Source of the DNA: Treponema sp.
GTDB taxonomy: Bacteria; Spirochaetota; Spirochaetia; Treponematales; Treponemataceae
NCBI GenBank assembly: GCA_024402535.1
Contig: JAKSTN010000008.1
Span: 12,012 to 76,011 of the forward strand
Direction: 5' to 3'
Length of the DNA stretch: 64,000 nt
The notes under the pieces are model-generated. The model searched no databases. It saw only the letters and a program-made list of their open reading frames with translations, and was not told where the DNA came from. How positions within the stretch are numbered: the stretch's first letter is position 1; every line of letters starts with the position of its first letter. The translations under genes and the position numbers were made by a program. Below are positions 28,376-38,698 of the stretch, in pieces.

Positions 28376-29836
28376 CTATTTTGTTTCGAACAAATCAAAA
28401 TAGGGTTGAATTGATTCAATTTTATAATTACCTTCACCAAAGTAATCCATAAAGATTTGGTTGTAAAGTTCGCGCGATTCCTCTGGAACCTGGAAAGTAA
28501 TTATACTACAACCTTCAAAAGCTCCTTCTTTAATTTCAAGCCACGGATATTTATTTCCTTCCTTAATAGAAATTTCATGCTGAAATCTTACATATTTCAA
28601 ACCAGAGCAGTTTTTAAAGAAACCTGACGGAAGTATAAAATAACCAGAAGATTCAAAAGTAACACCATATAAATATGGATTATCTTTAAAAGATGATGTT
28701 TCGTCAAAATATTCTGGCATCGTTACATCAACTTTTATACCTTTTTTTATAATTAAATCATTAAGTTTAGAAACTGGGAAATAATCACTTGCTTCTTTTA
28801 AATTATTTATTTCAAGAACTCTTTCATCATTTTTACTGCAAGTAATTAAAAGTTTTGAAAGTTCTTTTAAGCTAATTGGATTATCGCTGTTAAATTCTTC
28901 GTAACAGATTTTTTCATCTATGGTACTATCATAAAAAGTAACTTCATCTGGAAGAATTTCAACAAGATTATCCGGATATTCAAACAATGCTTTTGTATAA
29001 TATGAAGTTACGTGTTCGTCGGAATCCACATATATATTATTAGAAGTTTCAAAATCAATTTTCAGGCGGTAATAACCTGGTAAAAGATTTTCTCCCTTTA
29101 AACAAAAATTAAAAACTTCAACTTTATATGTAATTTCTTTTCCTTCATAATCTTCGCTAATTTCTTCAACAGTAGCCTTAGTACATTCAACATGTACACC
29201 ATCTTCATTTTCATTATTAAAAACATATTCCTGCTCAACAGAAAGACCAGTTAATGAAGCAACTACATATTTTTTTGGATTAAAATCGGGGTTCGATTCG
29301 TCATAATAAGCAGAAAAGTTTTTAGCAGGAATTGTAAACAAATACTGAAAGCTTCCAGTTTCTTCATCATTCATTTCTCTAGCCATAAGAATATTACATT
29401 CTGAAAATGGCTTATTTTCTGTTGGAACATCTACTGTAACATCAGTTACACCAACAATTGTTGAAGCCAGAACTTTTTCTCCACTCTGTCCTTTATAATA
29501 CCTGAATGCCTTTACAGAAACTGTATAACTTCCGATTGGGAGAACGAATTTCTGATTTGAATTATCAAGTTTCTGGAATTCTTTACCAAAAGAAATCTGC
29601 CAGTCTGTATATTCAGAAAAATTAAATTCCGGACGAATCATTCTGGCCGTAGTCCCGGCAATATTAAGAACCAAAACACCTGTCTGGACTTCAGTTAAAT
29701 CTTCTCCATTATCAACATAAACAACAGGAGTTTCTTTTTCTGAGTTTTTAATAAGATTGTCTTTCTGATTCATAAACTCGCAGGAGGCTAAAAGTAAAAC
29801 TCCTGAAACTAAAGCAAACATTTTTCTAATTTTCAT
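28376..29836 (-). CDS. Hypothetical lipoprotein
   Basis: Lipobox LASC; 486 aa; AT-rich; the C-terminus has BspA/LRR5-like fragments (LPSGFFKNCSGLKYV, IKEGAFEGC). Confidence 0.75.
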   Translation of the reverse strand: MKIRKMFALVSGVLLLASCEFMNQKDNLIKNSEKETPVVYVDNGEDLTEVQTGVLVLNIAGTTARMIRPEFNFSEYTDWQISFGKEFQKLDNSNQKFVLPIGSYTVSVKAFRYYKGQSGEKVLASTIVGVTDVTVDVPTENKPFSECNILMAREMNDEETGSFQYLFTIPAKNFSAYYDESNPDFNPKKYVVASLTGLSVEQEYVFNNENEDGVHVECTKATVEEISEDYEGKEITYKVEVFNFCLKGENLLPGYYRLKIDFETSNNIYVDSDEHVTSYYTKALFEYPDNLVEILPDEVTFYDSTIDEKICYEEFNSDNPISLKELSKLLITCSKNDERVLEINNLKEASDYFPVSKLNDLIIKKGIKVDVTMPEYFDETSSFKDNPYLYGVTFESSGYFILPSGFFKNCSGLKYVRFQHEISIKEGNKYPWLEIKEGAFEGCSIITFQVPEESRELYNQIFMDYFGEGNYKIESIQPYFDLFETK

Positions 29837-29841
29837 TACAA

Positions 29842-30837
29842 CTACTCCTTTTCGCCTGCGGCGATAAGTATTTTTTCAACATAACTTTTTCCCCAGTAAT
29901 CACAGAACATTTCCCATGCCTGAGGCTTGATTTCTTCAATACAGAAATATTTAAAATACCTGTATGTAGAAAGCACATAAGTATTACATTGGCGTCTGAC
30001 AGCATCTTTCTGTCCATCTGACAATTCCAGATTCTCATTTTCAATTGAATCAAAAATGATTGAAAATACAGAAGAAACAGAACAAACTTTTTCCCACCTG
30101 ACCAGATCTTCAATTTTCTGACCGGAAGAAATTCCTGTATCTACAGAATAAACATAAAGTTCATCTATTATTCCTACATATTTCTTTGCAAAATAAGTTA
30201 CAAAAAAATAAATAAGATAGTCTTCCCCCCACACGCAATAACATGGAGGTATTTTCTCAAATGCATCCAGGAAAACCTGACGCAGAACAAGCTTTCCCCA
30301 AACGAAGAAATTGATTTTATGATTGATCACCGAAAAATCAAAAACTTCTTTTCCTAAAAGTTCACCTTCAAAAAGAAGATTAGCCTTCTCTTCCATATTT
30401 TTTTTATTGTTCAAATCTACTTCGCTATGTTCAGAATCTGCATCTTTTGCAAAAACTACTTCGGCACCGCACTGAACAATATCTGCATTTTTTCCTTCTG
30501 CAAGCTTTGCCAGGACTTCAAGACATTCCGGTTTAAGAACATCATCTACATCAAGACAAAAAATATATTTTCCTTTCGCCTCGTAAACCGCATTACGCCT
30601 TGCATCAATACAGCCCATATTGCGGCTGTTCCTGAAATAATTTATTTTCTGTTTATATTTACGGCTGAAAACTTTGCAGATTTTTTTACAGTTCCAGCCT
30701 TTTTCATCAAGCCCGGGAGAACAGTCATCAACCACGATTATTTCAAAATCACGGAAAGTCTGGGCAGCTAAACTTTCCAGGCACCGCCACAAAAACTGTT
30801 CTCCTTTATAAACCGGTATACAGACAGAAATCAGCAT
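29842..30837 (-). CDS. Family 2 glycosyltransferase
   Basis: ISVCIPVY, IIVVDDCS, RNAVYEAKGKYIFCLDVDD (DxD) and FFVWGKL. Confidence 0.92.
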   Translation of the reverse strand: MLISVCIPVYKGEQFLWRCLESLAAQTFRDFEIIVVDDCSPGLDEKGWNCKKICKVFSRKYKQKINYFRNSRNMGCIDARRNAVYEAKGKYIFCLDVDDVLKPECLEVLAKLAEGKNADIVQCGAEVVFAKDADSEHSEVDLNNKKNMEEKANLLFEGELLGKEVFDFSVINHKINFFVWGKLVLRQVFLDAFEKIPPCYCVWGEDYLIYFFVTYFAKKYVGIIDELYVYSVDTGISSGQKIEDLVRWEKVCSVSSVFSIIFDSIENENLELSDGQKDAVRRQCNTYVLSTYRYFKYFCIEEIKPQAWEMFCDYWGKSYVEKILIAAGEKE

Positions 30838-30840
30838 AAA

Positions 30841-32787
30841 TTAGAATACAGAATTATCAATAGGGGCAAATTCAGATTCAAAATTACCTGCCTGATACAA
30901 ATGATTTTCAACATTTAATGATGAACCATATGTGTTTACATCAAAATAATATCCATACTCGCCATTTCTATTTACAAGAATTGAATCCATATCAGATAAA
31001 TTTACAGTTCGGATTAACGCCTTAGACTCAGAATTGGAATCAACAAAATCCAGTTCCTTACGTCTTACAGCATAGATTCTAACTGGAAGAATACTTTCAC
31101 TGTAATCACCACTATCAGTTTTTACAGTTTCATTGTTACTTAAATGTCTTATACTCTCTTCTATTATAGCTGTAGCAGACCTGTCTTTATAAAGAACTGA
31201 GAAAGAGAATCTCTGACAGTAAGGATCATCAGACCTAATATTTTCACAACGAAGAGCATAAATACATTCATTTTTTACAATTAAATCGGTAATTTGATTA
31301 TTCACAGAAACAGTACCACTTCCACCACTTTTACCCAAGATTTCACTAAGAAGATTAGATCCATTTACATCATGGTCATAATACTCATAAATGTTTTCAC
31401 ATTTTCCCTTTTCAGTATTAACAATATTATTTTCAACAGGGAATTTTACAATTTTATAAAGATAGTCATAAACATTTACAGTTTTCTCATTTTCATCATA
31501 ACCATAATTTTCTTTATAAATATGATCAGATTCAATTTCATAACCTGCTACGTATAAATGTCCGTTTTCATAAGAAACAGAAGTACAAACAGTCATATAA
31601 TCTGATACATTAATATTTGAAGGCTCTGATTCATTTTTTCTTATCAGCCAAAGATTATTCTTATCTTTTTCAGAATCAAAATAAAAACCAAACTTGTCTT
31701 TTTCATTACCGTCTTCACCAAAAGTTCGCGAACTAGTTATAAAATAAATGCAATCTCCATCAGAAGCCATTCGAGGTATAAAATATTCATCTGTAGAAAT
31801 TGTAGCAAAAGCTTCTTTTTTAGATGCAGAATAACCATTAAAAATGTTAAATTTATACTGATCTAATTGACAACCTTCGTTATTAAACTCTGCAGTGTAG
31901 AAAGAATAATTATTATCAAAACAAGATGCAGTTAATGGACTTACCCCTGAAACATATCCATATTTTTCAAAATCTGAATCAGCTCTCAATTTCCATTCTG
32001 TAGATTCCTTTTTTGTATCAGTATCAGTAGGATAAGAACCCCCTTTACTTTTATTATAATAAACATGATATTCAGGCATAATTCCTACTTCCATAGAAGC
32101 CTCCCCCCATACTCCATTACATTCAATTTCAACCTTAAGAGTATGCAAACCGGTTTCTACAGATTCAAGTTTTGAAGTATTGATAGCACAGGTTTCACCT
32201 GTTTCATGTGTTTTATTTTCAACTTCTTCACCATCCCAATACCAGATATAAGATGCACCCGGGAATTTTAATGTGGAATATTCGTAATCAAAATCATCTA
32301 CTTCAAGAACATGTTTTCCTGTAATAGAAATATTTGCCGGGTCAAAAACAGAAACTTCAACATTTCCTTCTTCTGCTTCAGATATAATTTTTGATAATTC
32401 AAGAGAAACCTTTGTTACTTTTCCAGCAAACACTTCTACATGTTCTTTTGAAGCCTCATAAAGAACATCAGATAATTCTGTATCTTCTAAAGCAAAGGCC
32501 TGAAGCTTAATAAAATAAATCCCAGGATTTACTTCTACTTTCAATTTTTCTCCACTTTTCCCTGTATTGAAAACAGAATCATTTTCATCAGCTTCATTTG
32601 AAACAGTAAGAAGAAAATTATAAATTGTCTGTTGGTTTTCTGTTTCGATTTCACGTCCTAACGCAGGACCATCGGGTAAAACTATTTCAATGAAAGATAA
32701 ACCATCAACTTTTGAATTGGACTGAGAACAAGCTGAAATAAAACCTGTTGCAAGCAGACACATTACAAGAGGCAAAAACTTTTTCAT
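30841..32787 (-). CDS. Hypothetical lipoprotein
   Basis: Lipobox ISAC; 648 aa; AT-rich; beta-rich acidic body. Confidence 0.75.
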   Translation of the reverse strand: MKKFLPLVMCLLATGFISACSQSNSKVDGLSFIEIVLPDGPALGREIETENQQTIYNFLLTVSNEADENDSVFNTGKSGEKLKVEVNPGIYFIKLQAFALEDTELSDVLYEASKEHVEVFAGKVTKVSLELSKIISEAEEGNVEVSVFDPANISITGKHVLEVDDFDYEYSTLKFPGASYIWYWDGEEVENKTHETGETCAINTSKLESVETGLHTLKVEIECNGVWGEASMEVGIMPEYHVYYNKSKGGSYPTDTDTKKESTEWKLRADSDFEKYGYVSGVSPLTASCFDNNYSFYTAEFNNEGCQLDQYKFNIFNGYSASKKEAFATISTDEYFIPRMASDGDCIYFITSSRTFGEDGNEKDKFGFYFDSEKDKNNLWLIRKNESEPSNINVSDYMTVCTSVSYENGHLYVAGYEIESDHIYKENYGYDENEKTVNVYDYLYKIVKFPVENNIVNTEKGKCENIYEYYDHDVNGSNLLSEILGKSGGSGTVSVNNQITDLIVKNECIYALRCENIRSDDPYCQRFSFSVLYKDRSATAIIEESIRHLSNNETVKTDSGDYSESILPVRIYAVRRKELDFVDSNSESKALIRTVNLSDMDSILVNRNGEYGYYFDVNTYGSSLNVENHLYQAGNFESEFAPIDNSVF

Positions 32788-32859
32788 AGAAACCCCACAT
32801 TAAAAAAACATTTTAATACATTTTATAATTTCTTTAGGATTGTAACAAGAAAAAGAAAG

Positions 32860-33441
32860 TTATTCGTATTCTTCGATGATTTCTTCTGCAATTTCCCGAC
32901 GGGAACGACGACGGTCCATAGAAAGTTTTTCGATATGTTTATGAGCATCAGCTTCAGACATTTTTTCGTTTTCAATAAGAAGCCATTTTGCTTTATTAAC
33001 AATACGAATATCCTGCATTTTATCCTGAAGAGATTTCTTTTCAATTTCCATTTTCTGGATTCTGAAAGTCATTGCACTAAGCATACGGCATGCAGTATAA
33101 AAAATTTCAGGACTTACAGGTTTTGGAAGAGTGACAACCCCTTCTTCTTCAACCTGGCTTGATGCCTGTTCATACATATCATTCTGAACCAGAAGCATGA
33201 TTCCCATATTTGTATCAGCAAAACTATCCGCAAACATTACTCCGTGTTCATCACTTAAAGGTGAATCTACAATGAGAATATCTACTGGAAGTTCGAGAAG
33301 TTTTCGACGGGCATCACTTCCGCTGGTTGCATGAAATACAGGCGAAAAATCTGCAGGCGGCATAATGCTTTTTATCATCTGATAAAAGCTGTCGCTTTCT
33401 GAGACAATCATTACTTTTCGCGGTGTCTTTAATTTTGCCAT
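32860..33441 (-). CDS. ANTAR-domain protein with atypical receiver domain
   Basis: C-terminal ANTAR helices IVNKAKWLLIENEKMSEADAHKHIEKLSMDRRRSRREIAEEI; REC-like N-terminus (VDSPLSDEHG, LPKP) lacking the acidic pair. Confidence 0.9.
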   Translation of the reverse strand: MAKLKTPRKVMIVSESDSFYQMIKSIMPPADFSPVFHATSGSDARRKLLELPVDILIVDSPLSDEHGVMFADSFADTNMGIMLLVQNDMYEQASSQVEEEGVVTLPKPVSPEIFYTACRMLSAMTFRIQKMEIEKKSLQDKMQDIRIVNKAKWLLIENEKMSEADAHKHIEKLSMDRRRSRREIAEEIIEEYE

Positions 33442-33456
33442 TTGGAAAACCCGAAA

Positions 33457-34674
33457 CTAATTACTTGCTGTAAGACAATCAATCATACTCTGAGGCAGAG
33501 ATTTCTTAATAAACTCACTTCCTCGTGCTTTATCAATTGCCGAAGAAAGAGATTCCGGAAGCTTCTTCAACTTAGATGTAATTTCAGTTGGAGCTGTGTA
33601 CATGTTCATTTCAACAGGATCTGGAAGAGGAAGGTTCTTTTCTATTCCGTCAAGTCCTGCAAGAATAATAAGTGCATAAGCAACGTAAGGGTTTGTACAA
33701 GGATCCGGTGAACGAACTTCAATTCTTGTTTCTTCGTCGCCACGGGTAGCAGGTACACGAATCAACTGAGTTCTGTTCTGTCTTCCCCAGCCTACATATT
33801 TAGGTGCCTTGTCTGAACCAAGTCTTTCGTAAGAGTTCAGAACAGGATTCAGGAAAGCAGTCATTTCTTCAATGTGTTCCAGAATACCAGCCAGGAACTG
33901 AGGAAGGACATCTTTTCCGTCTTTCGACTTTACAGATAAACTGATATGGAAACCGTTTCCGCTTTTTCTGCTTAAAGGTTTAGGACTGAAATCTGCAGTA
34001 AGACCGTTGCGTACGGCACAGGTTCTGACAACTGTCATAAGGTTTATAATATTGTCAGCTGTTTTCATAGGACTGGCACGACGGATATCAATCTGATTCT
34101 GCCCTGGTCCTTCTTCGTGATGAGAAGATTCAGGATGAATATCCATCTCTTTAAGAGTAAGTACAATTTCACGGCGGATATTTTCGCCTTTGTCCGCAGG
34201 AGCAACATCAAGATAGCCTGCATTATCAAAAGGATTTTTTGTAGGATTTCCTTTTTCATCATTCTGGAAAAGATAAAACTCACATTCAGAACCGATTTTT
34301 ACATTAAGACCTGCAGCCTTCACTTTTTCCTGTGCCTGCCACAGAATAAAGCGGCCGTCACGTTCAAAAGGAGTTCCATCAGAATTTCGTATTTCACAGA
34401 ACATACGAACAACTTTTCCGGTTGTGCTTCTCCATGGAAGAACTGTAAGACTTGAAGGAATAGGTACAAGGAAAAGATCCGAATGGTCTGGAGTTGCAAA
34501 ACCGTTTATTGCAGAACCATCAAAAGAAATACCATACTCAAAGGCCCGGTCAAGTTGTTCCGGTGTAATTGCAAGATTCTTAAGATTTCCTAAAAAATCA
34601 CAAAAAGCAAGACGTATAAACTTAACATCTTCCTGTCTGATAAACTCAATTACTTCTTCTTTTGAATAGTCCAT
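33457..34674 (-). CDS. Glutamine synthetase type I-like protein with substituted catalytic residues
   Basis: FDGS, GSECEFYLF, HHEEGPGQ, GFH, NRTQLIRVP and RIEVRSPDP show the GS fold. At 405 aa it is shorter than canonical GSI (see findings). Confidence 0.9.
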   Translation of the reverse strand: MDYSKEEVIEFIRQEDVKFIRLAFCDFLGNLKNLAITPEQLDRAFEYGISFDGSAINGFATPDHSDLFLVPIPSSLTVLPWRSTTGKVVRMFCEIRNSDGTPFERDGRFILWQAQEKVKAAGLNVKIGSECEFYLFQNDEKGNPTKNPFDNAGYLDVAPADKGENIRREIVLTLKEMDIHPESSHHEEGPGQNQIDIRRASPMKTADNIINLMTVVRTCAVRNGLTADFSPKPLSRKSGNGFHISLSVKSKDGKDVLPQFLAGILEHIEEMTAFLNPVLNSYERLGSDKAPKYVGWGRQNRTQLIRVPATRGDEETRIEVRSPDPCTNPYVAYALIILAGLDGIEKNLPLPDPVEMNMYTAPTEITSKLKKLPESLSSAIDKARGSEFIKKSLPQSMIDCLTASN

Positions 34675-34746
34675 TTCAATTTCTCCAAAACATGCAGTTA
34701 TTTGATTTTATTATATTTTTTTTCTATAATTACTTCCATATATATT

Positions 34747-35721
34747 ATGAAAAAATTTGTATTTTATCTAACAGTAATTTTCTCACTCCTTTCTATGTCC
34801 TGTGCATCAAACAAGATTGTAAATACACTCTCTACAGGACTTGCAGGAGCAAACGAAAAAGGCATTCCTAATAAACAGAAAAAAGCAAAAAAGAATGCCA
34901 AACCAGATGCAATGTTTGCCATCACAAGTGACAGCGATATTACTCTTGTCGGTGACTTTTTCCCTACTGCCTTAAAAATGTATGAAATCCTTCAGAGCCA
35001 GAATCCTGAACACCTTGGACTTATGAGTCAGACAGGTTCTCTAAATGTAATGTATGCCAATGCATTCGTTCAGTCTCCTGCAGAACTTCTTCCTATCGAT
35101 CAGTTTGACAAACAGAATGAAGAATTCATCCGTGCTGAATATCATTATCTTAAAGGAAGAGATTTCTGTCTGAACGCTCTGGATGGCCGCCACAAAGGTT
35201 TCAAAAACCTGATTGAATCAGCTGATGAAAATCAGATTTCAGAAGCAGTAGATATGCTCGATAAGAATGATGTTACAACAGCTTACTGGCTTGGTGCCGG
35301 ATGGCTTGGTGCATTCTCTCTGGATCCGCTGAACCCGGAACTTCTTGGAAATCTTTCTGCTCCTGTTGCTGTTCTTGAAAAAGCACTTTCTCTCAAAAAC
35401 GATTATGTTGATGTTTATGAAGTTCTTGCACGTTTCTATGCCGCAGCTCCAGAAGGATTTGGCGGAAATATGGAAAAAGGTATGGAATACTGTGAAACCG
35501 CAATGAAACTTACAGGCGGAACAACACCAAACCCTTACATCATAAAAGCAGAATGTTTCTGTATTCCTACAGGTGATGAAGAAGGTTTTGTAGATAATTT
35601 ACGCAAAGCCCTTAACATAAATCCGGATGATAATCCTTCAACAAGACTTACAACTACTATCAGTCAGAAGAAAGCAAAAAAACTTTTGGATTCCAAAGGT
35701 GACTACTTTCTTGAATGGTAA
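34747..35721 (+). CDS. TRAP-T transporter T component (TatT) lipoprotein
   Basis: Lipobox SMSC; DSDITLVGDFFPTALKMYE, YANAFVQ and YWLGAGWLGAFSLDP; first gene of a T-P-QM operon. Confidence 0.85.
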   Translation: MKKFVFYLTVIFSLLSMSCASNKIVNTLSTGLAGANEKGIPNKQKKAKKNAKPDAMFAITSDSDITLVGDFFPTALKMYEILQSQNPEHLGLMSQTGSLNVMYANAFVQSPAELLPIDQFDKQNEEFIRAEYHYLKGRDFCLNALDGRHKGFKNLIESADENQISEAVDMLDKNDVTTAYWLGAGWLGAFSLDPLNPELLGNLSAPVAVLEKALSLKNDYVDVYEVLARFYAAAPEGFGGNMEKGMEYCETAMKLTGGTTPNPYIIKAECFCIPTGDEEGFVDNLRKALNINPDDNPSTRLTTTISQKKAKKLLDSKGDYFLEW

Positions 35722-35739
35722 TATTTAAGAGGTGAAAAA

Positions 35740-36762
35740 ATGAAAAAAGCACTTATTACAGCAATTATCTCAGCAGTTACTCTTTTTTCCGCTGCTGCAC
35801 AGACAACACTTAAAATTGCAACAATCGCACCATCCCGCTCAGTTTGGGATATTGAATCAAAACGCATTTCCCAGGAATGGGCAAAAATTACAAACGGACA
35901 GGTAAAAATGCAGTTCATGAATGCAACTGCAATGGGCGGAGAAACAGAAGTTGTTTCAAAGCTTAATTCTGTTCGCCCTGGTCAGAAAGCTCCTATCGAT
36001 GGCGCAGTTTTCACAAACATTGGTATTTCAGCTCTGGCTCCAGACACAAATATTTTCACTCTTTGTGCACCTTTCCTTTTCCGCAACCAGGAAGAAATTG
36101 ACCTTATTTACGAAACATTCAAACCTCAGATTTCTAAAGCACTTTCAGAAAAAGGTTATGTTCTTATTGGTAAGTTTATTGTTGGATGGGCATACTTTTA
36201 TACAAAGAAACCAATTCACAACAGTGCAGATCTTAAATCACAGAAACTTTCAGTTGGTGGAATGGGACTCTCAGACCTGACTGATTCTTTCAAAGCTGCA
36301 GGCTACAAAACAGAAGATGTTCCTGCTAATAAAATGCTCCAGAGCATGAAAACTCCTGGTGGCCTTGAAGGATTCTACACAATTCCTATGTATGGCTATG
36401 CAGGTCAGTATTACAAAGAACTTCCATATATTCTGAACATTCCACTTTGTCCAATCATCTGTTCTTTTATTATCAATGAAAAAACATGGAACAGTTTCTC
36501 TGAAGCTCAGAGAGCTGAAATGACAGAATGTATCAAGAAAGCAGAACAGACTTTTGTTGAAGAACAGAAAAATGCAGATGCTGAATATCTTGACCTTTGC
36601 GTTAAAGGCGGATGTACTCTGGTAACACTCAATGACAGCGAATTAAAGGCTATGGAAGAAAGCCTTAGAAAAGACAGCGAAGTTATGACATCAACAGGTA
36701 TCATCGACAAAAAATTCTATGACGATATTCAGAAAGTTCTGAAAGAATACCGCGGAGAGTAA
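35740..36762 (+). CDS. dctP: TRAP substrate-binding protein (DctP/TatP)
   Basis: Signal peptide; TLKIATIAPSRSVW and GGETEVVSKL, typical of the DctP family. Confidence 0.88.
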   Translation: MKKALITAIISAVTLFSAAAQTTLKIATIAPSRSVWDIESKRISQEWAKITNGQVKMQFMNATAMGGETEVVSKLNSVRPGQKAPIDGAVFTNIGISALAPDTNIFTLCAPFLFRNQEEIDLIYETFKPQISKALSEKGYVLIGKFIVGWAYFYTKKPIHNSADLKSQKLSVGGMGLSDLTDSFKAAGYKTEDVPANKMLQSMKTPGGLEGFYTIPMYGYAGQYYKELPYILNIPLCPIICSFIINEKTWNSFSEAQRAEMTECIKKAEQTFVEEQKNADAEYLDLCVKGGCTLVTLNDSELKAMEESLRKDSEVMTSTGIIDKKFYDDIQKVLKEYRGE

Positions 36763-36783
36763 ATATTTCTTTGGAGTTCCCCA

Positions 36784-38637
36784 ATGCTTAGAAAAATTGA
36801 AGACTGGATTTCATCAGGGCTGGTTTTTATACTTGCAGTTATTCCTCTTGTAATTAAATTTATTCAGGGCCCGTTAAACATTCCTGTTATGGGTGCTGAT
36901 TCAGCAATGGTCAATTTTGTTTTCCTTTTCTCATGCATTGCCGGAATCGTAACCTGGCGAGATGATCGTCATCTGAACCTTGCTTCTTTTACAGACCGTT
37001 TCCCTATTTGGTTTCAGAAAGTTTCAAAAGAAGTAATGACTTCTGTTACGGTCTGTATTCTTACAGCCCTTTTTCTTGACTGTCTCTGCCAGATTTCAAA
37101 CTCACTTCAGTTTACAGAAAGCTTTTGGGGAATAAGTACAAAACTTATTTTTGCTTTCCTGCCTCTTTGCTACCTTTCTATGATAGCAATGAAAATTTAT
37201 TCAAACATTTCTGAAAGCGAAAAAAAATCTACATCATGGATTTCAGCATGTGTAGGAATTATCCTTTCATTCTTCATTTCCCAAAGTTCAATTACAGGAA
37301 TTCTTTATTTCCTTTTTGGCATAGAAAACGTTCCGGCATTATATGCTATCAATGAATGGTGGATTTCTTTCTCACATGCCACAATTTGGATTTTTGTAAT
37401 TTTCCTGATTTTCCTGGCATTCCTTGGTCTTCCACTTTTCCTTGTCCTTGGTGGTATTTCATATATTCTTTTTTCACAAAGTGGCGGGTACGTTGATGTA
37501 ATTCCACTTGAAACTTACAGAATTCTTACAGACCGTAATATTGCTGCTATTCCACTTTTTACAATTGCAGGCTACATTCTTTCGCAGTCCAGCGCAGGAA
37601 AACGTTATGTTGAAGTTTTCAAAAGCCTTTTCGGATGGTTTCGTGGTGGTACTGTAGTTGCTGCCGTAATCGTTACAACATTCTTCAGTACATTTACAGG
37701 CGTTTCCGGAGTTACAATTCTTGCTCTTGGTTCCCTTCTTACAGTGGTACTTACAGGAAACGGCTACGACCAGGACAGAGCAGAAAGCCTTGTTACATCA
37801 AGCGGAGCAATCGGGCTTTTGTTCCCGCCTAGCGCAGCAATAATTATGTACGCATCAACAAACTATTTTTCAGTTGATGTATTTGAACTTTTCAAAGGTT
37901 CGGTTTTACCAGGTCTTCTTCTTGCAATTTCAATGATTGCAGTAGGAATCTATTTTGACAGACAAAAAGAACGCCCTCCTTTTTCATTTAAAGAAATTGG
38001 AAAATCTATATGGCATTGTATCCCAGAACTTTTAATGCCGTTTTTCATCTGTATTTTCTATTTTAATGGCATTTTTGACCTTTTCGAAGTTTCAGCTTTT
38101 TCTGTAATTTACGCCTTTGTTGTTTCAACTTTAATCAGAAAAGACTTTGACTTCAAAAAATCTGTGGAAGTCATTTCATCAAGTGTTCCGGTTTCCGGTG
38201 GTGTTCTCTTCATTCTGGGAGCAGCCAGCGGCATCAGCTACTTTATGCTTGATGCAAACATTCCATATATCCTTACAGAATTTATAAGTCAGTACGTTCA
38301 CTCTCCATATGTATTCCTCATCCTTATGAACATTTTCCTGCTCATAATCGGATGTCTTATGGATATGTTCAGTGCAATTCTGATTGTATCTCCTCTGCTA
38401 CTTCCAATTGCAGAAAACTTTGGAATAGCCCCTGTACAGGCAGCAGTTATTTTCCTTTTGAATCTTTCAATTGGATTTTTAACACCACCTGTTGGAATGG
38501 ATCTTTTTATTGCATCCTATGCTTTCAATAAGCCGCTTCCAAAAGTAATTAAAGGAATGCTTCCATTTTTTATCGCCCAAATAGTAATATTGATACTTGT
38601 AACTTATGTACCTTTTTTTACTCAAGTTTTTCTATAA
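36784..38637 (+). CDS. TRAP fused small/large permease (DctQM)
   Basis: N-terminal 4-TM Q region, then AIPLFTIAGYIL, SGAIGLLFPPS and IGFLTPPVGMDLF. Confidence 0.9.
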   Translation: MLRKIEDWISSGLVFILAVIPLVIKFIQGPLNIPVMGADSAMVNFVFLFSCIAGIVTWRDDRHLNLASFTDRFPIWFQKVSKEVMTSVTVCILTALFLDCLCQISNSLQFTESFWGISTKLIFAFLPLCYLSMIAMKIYSNISESEKKSTSWISACVGIILSFFISQSSITGILYFLFGIENVPALYAINEWWISFSHATIWIFVIFLIFLAFLGLPLFLVLGGISYILFSQSGGYVDVIPLETYRILTDRNIAAIPLFTIAGYILSQSSAGKRYVEVFKSLFGWFRGGTVVAAVIVTTFFSTFTGVSGVTILALGSLLTVVLTGNGYDQDRAESLVTSSGAIGLLFPPSAAIIMYASTNYFSVDVFELFKGSVLPGLLLAISMIAVGIYFDRQKERPPFSFKEIGKSIWHCIPELLMPFFICIFYFNGIFDLFEVSAFSVIYAFVVSTLIRKDFDFKKSVEVISSSVPVSGGVLFILGAASGISYFMLDANIPYILTEFISQYVHSPYVFLILMNIFLLIIGCLMDMFSAILIVSPLLLPIAENFGIAPVQAAVIFLLNLSIGFLTPPVGMDLFIASYAFNKPLPKVIKGMLPFFIAQIVILILVTYVPFFTQVFL

Positions 38638-38698
38638 ATAAATTTTTGTTTTGAAATCGCTTTTGTTCTAGTGTAAAATTAACTTAGAGGATAAGTTT

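Noticed and set aside
34675-34746. ANTAR dual-hairpin target upstream of the GS-like gene
   Set aside because: The region is short and AT-rich with no paired hexaloop hairpins or terminator; any targets must lie elsewhere.
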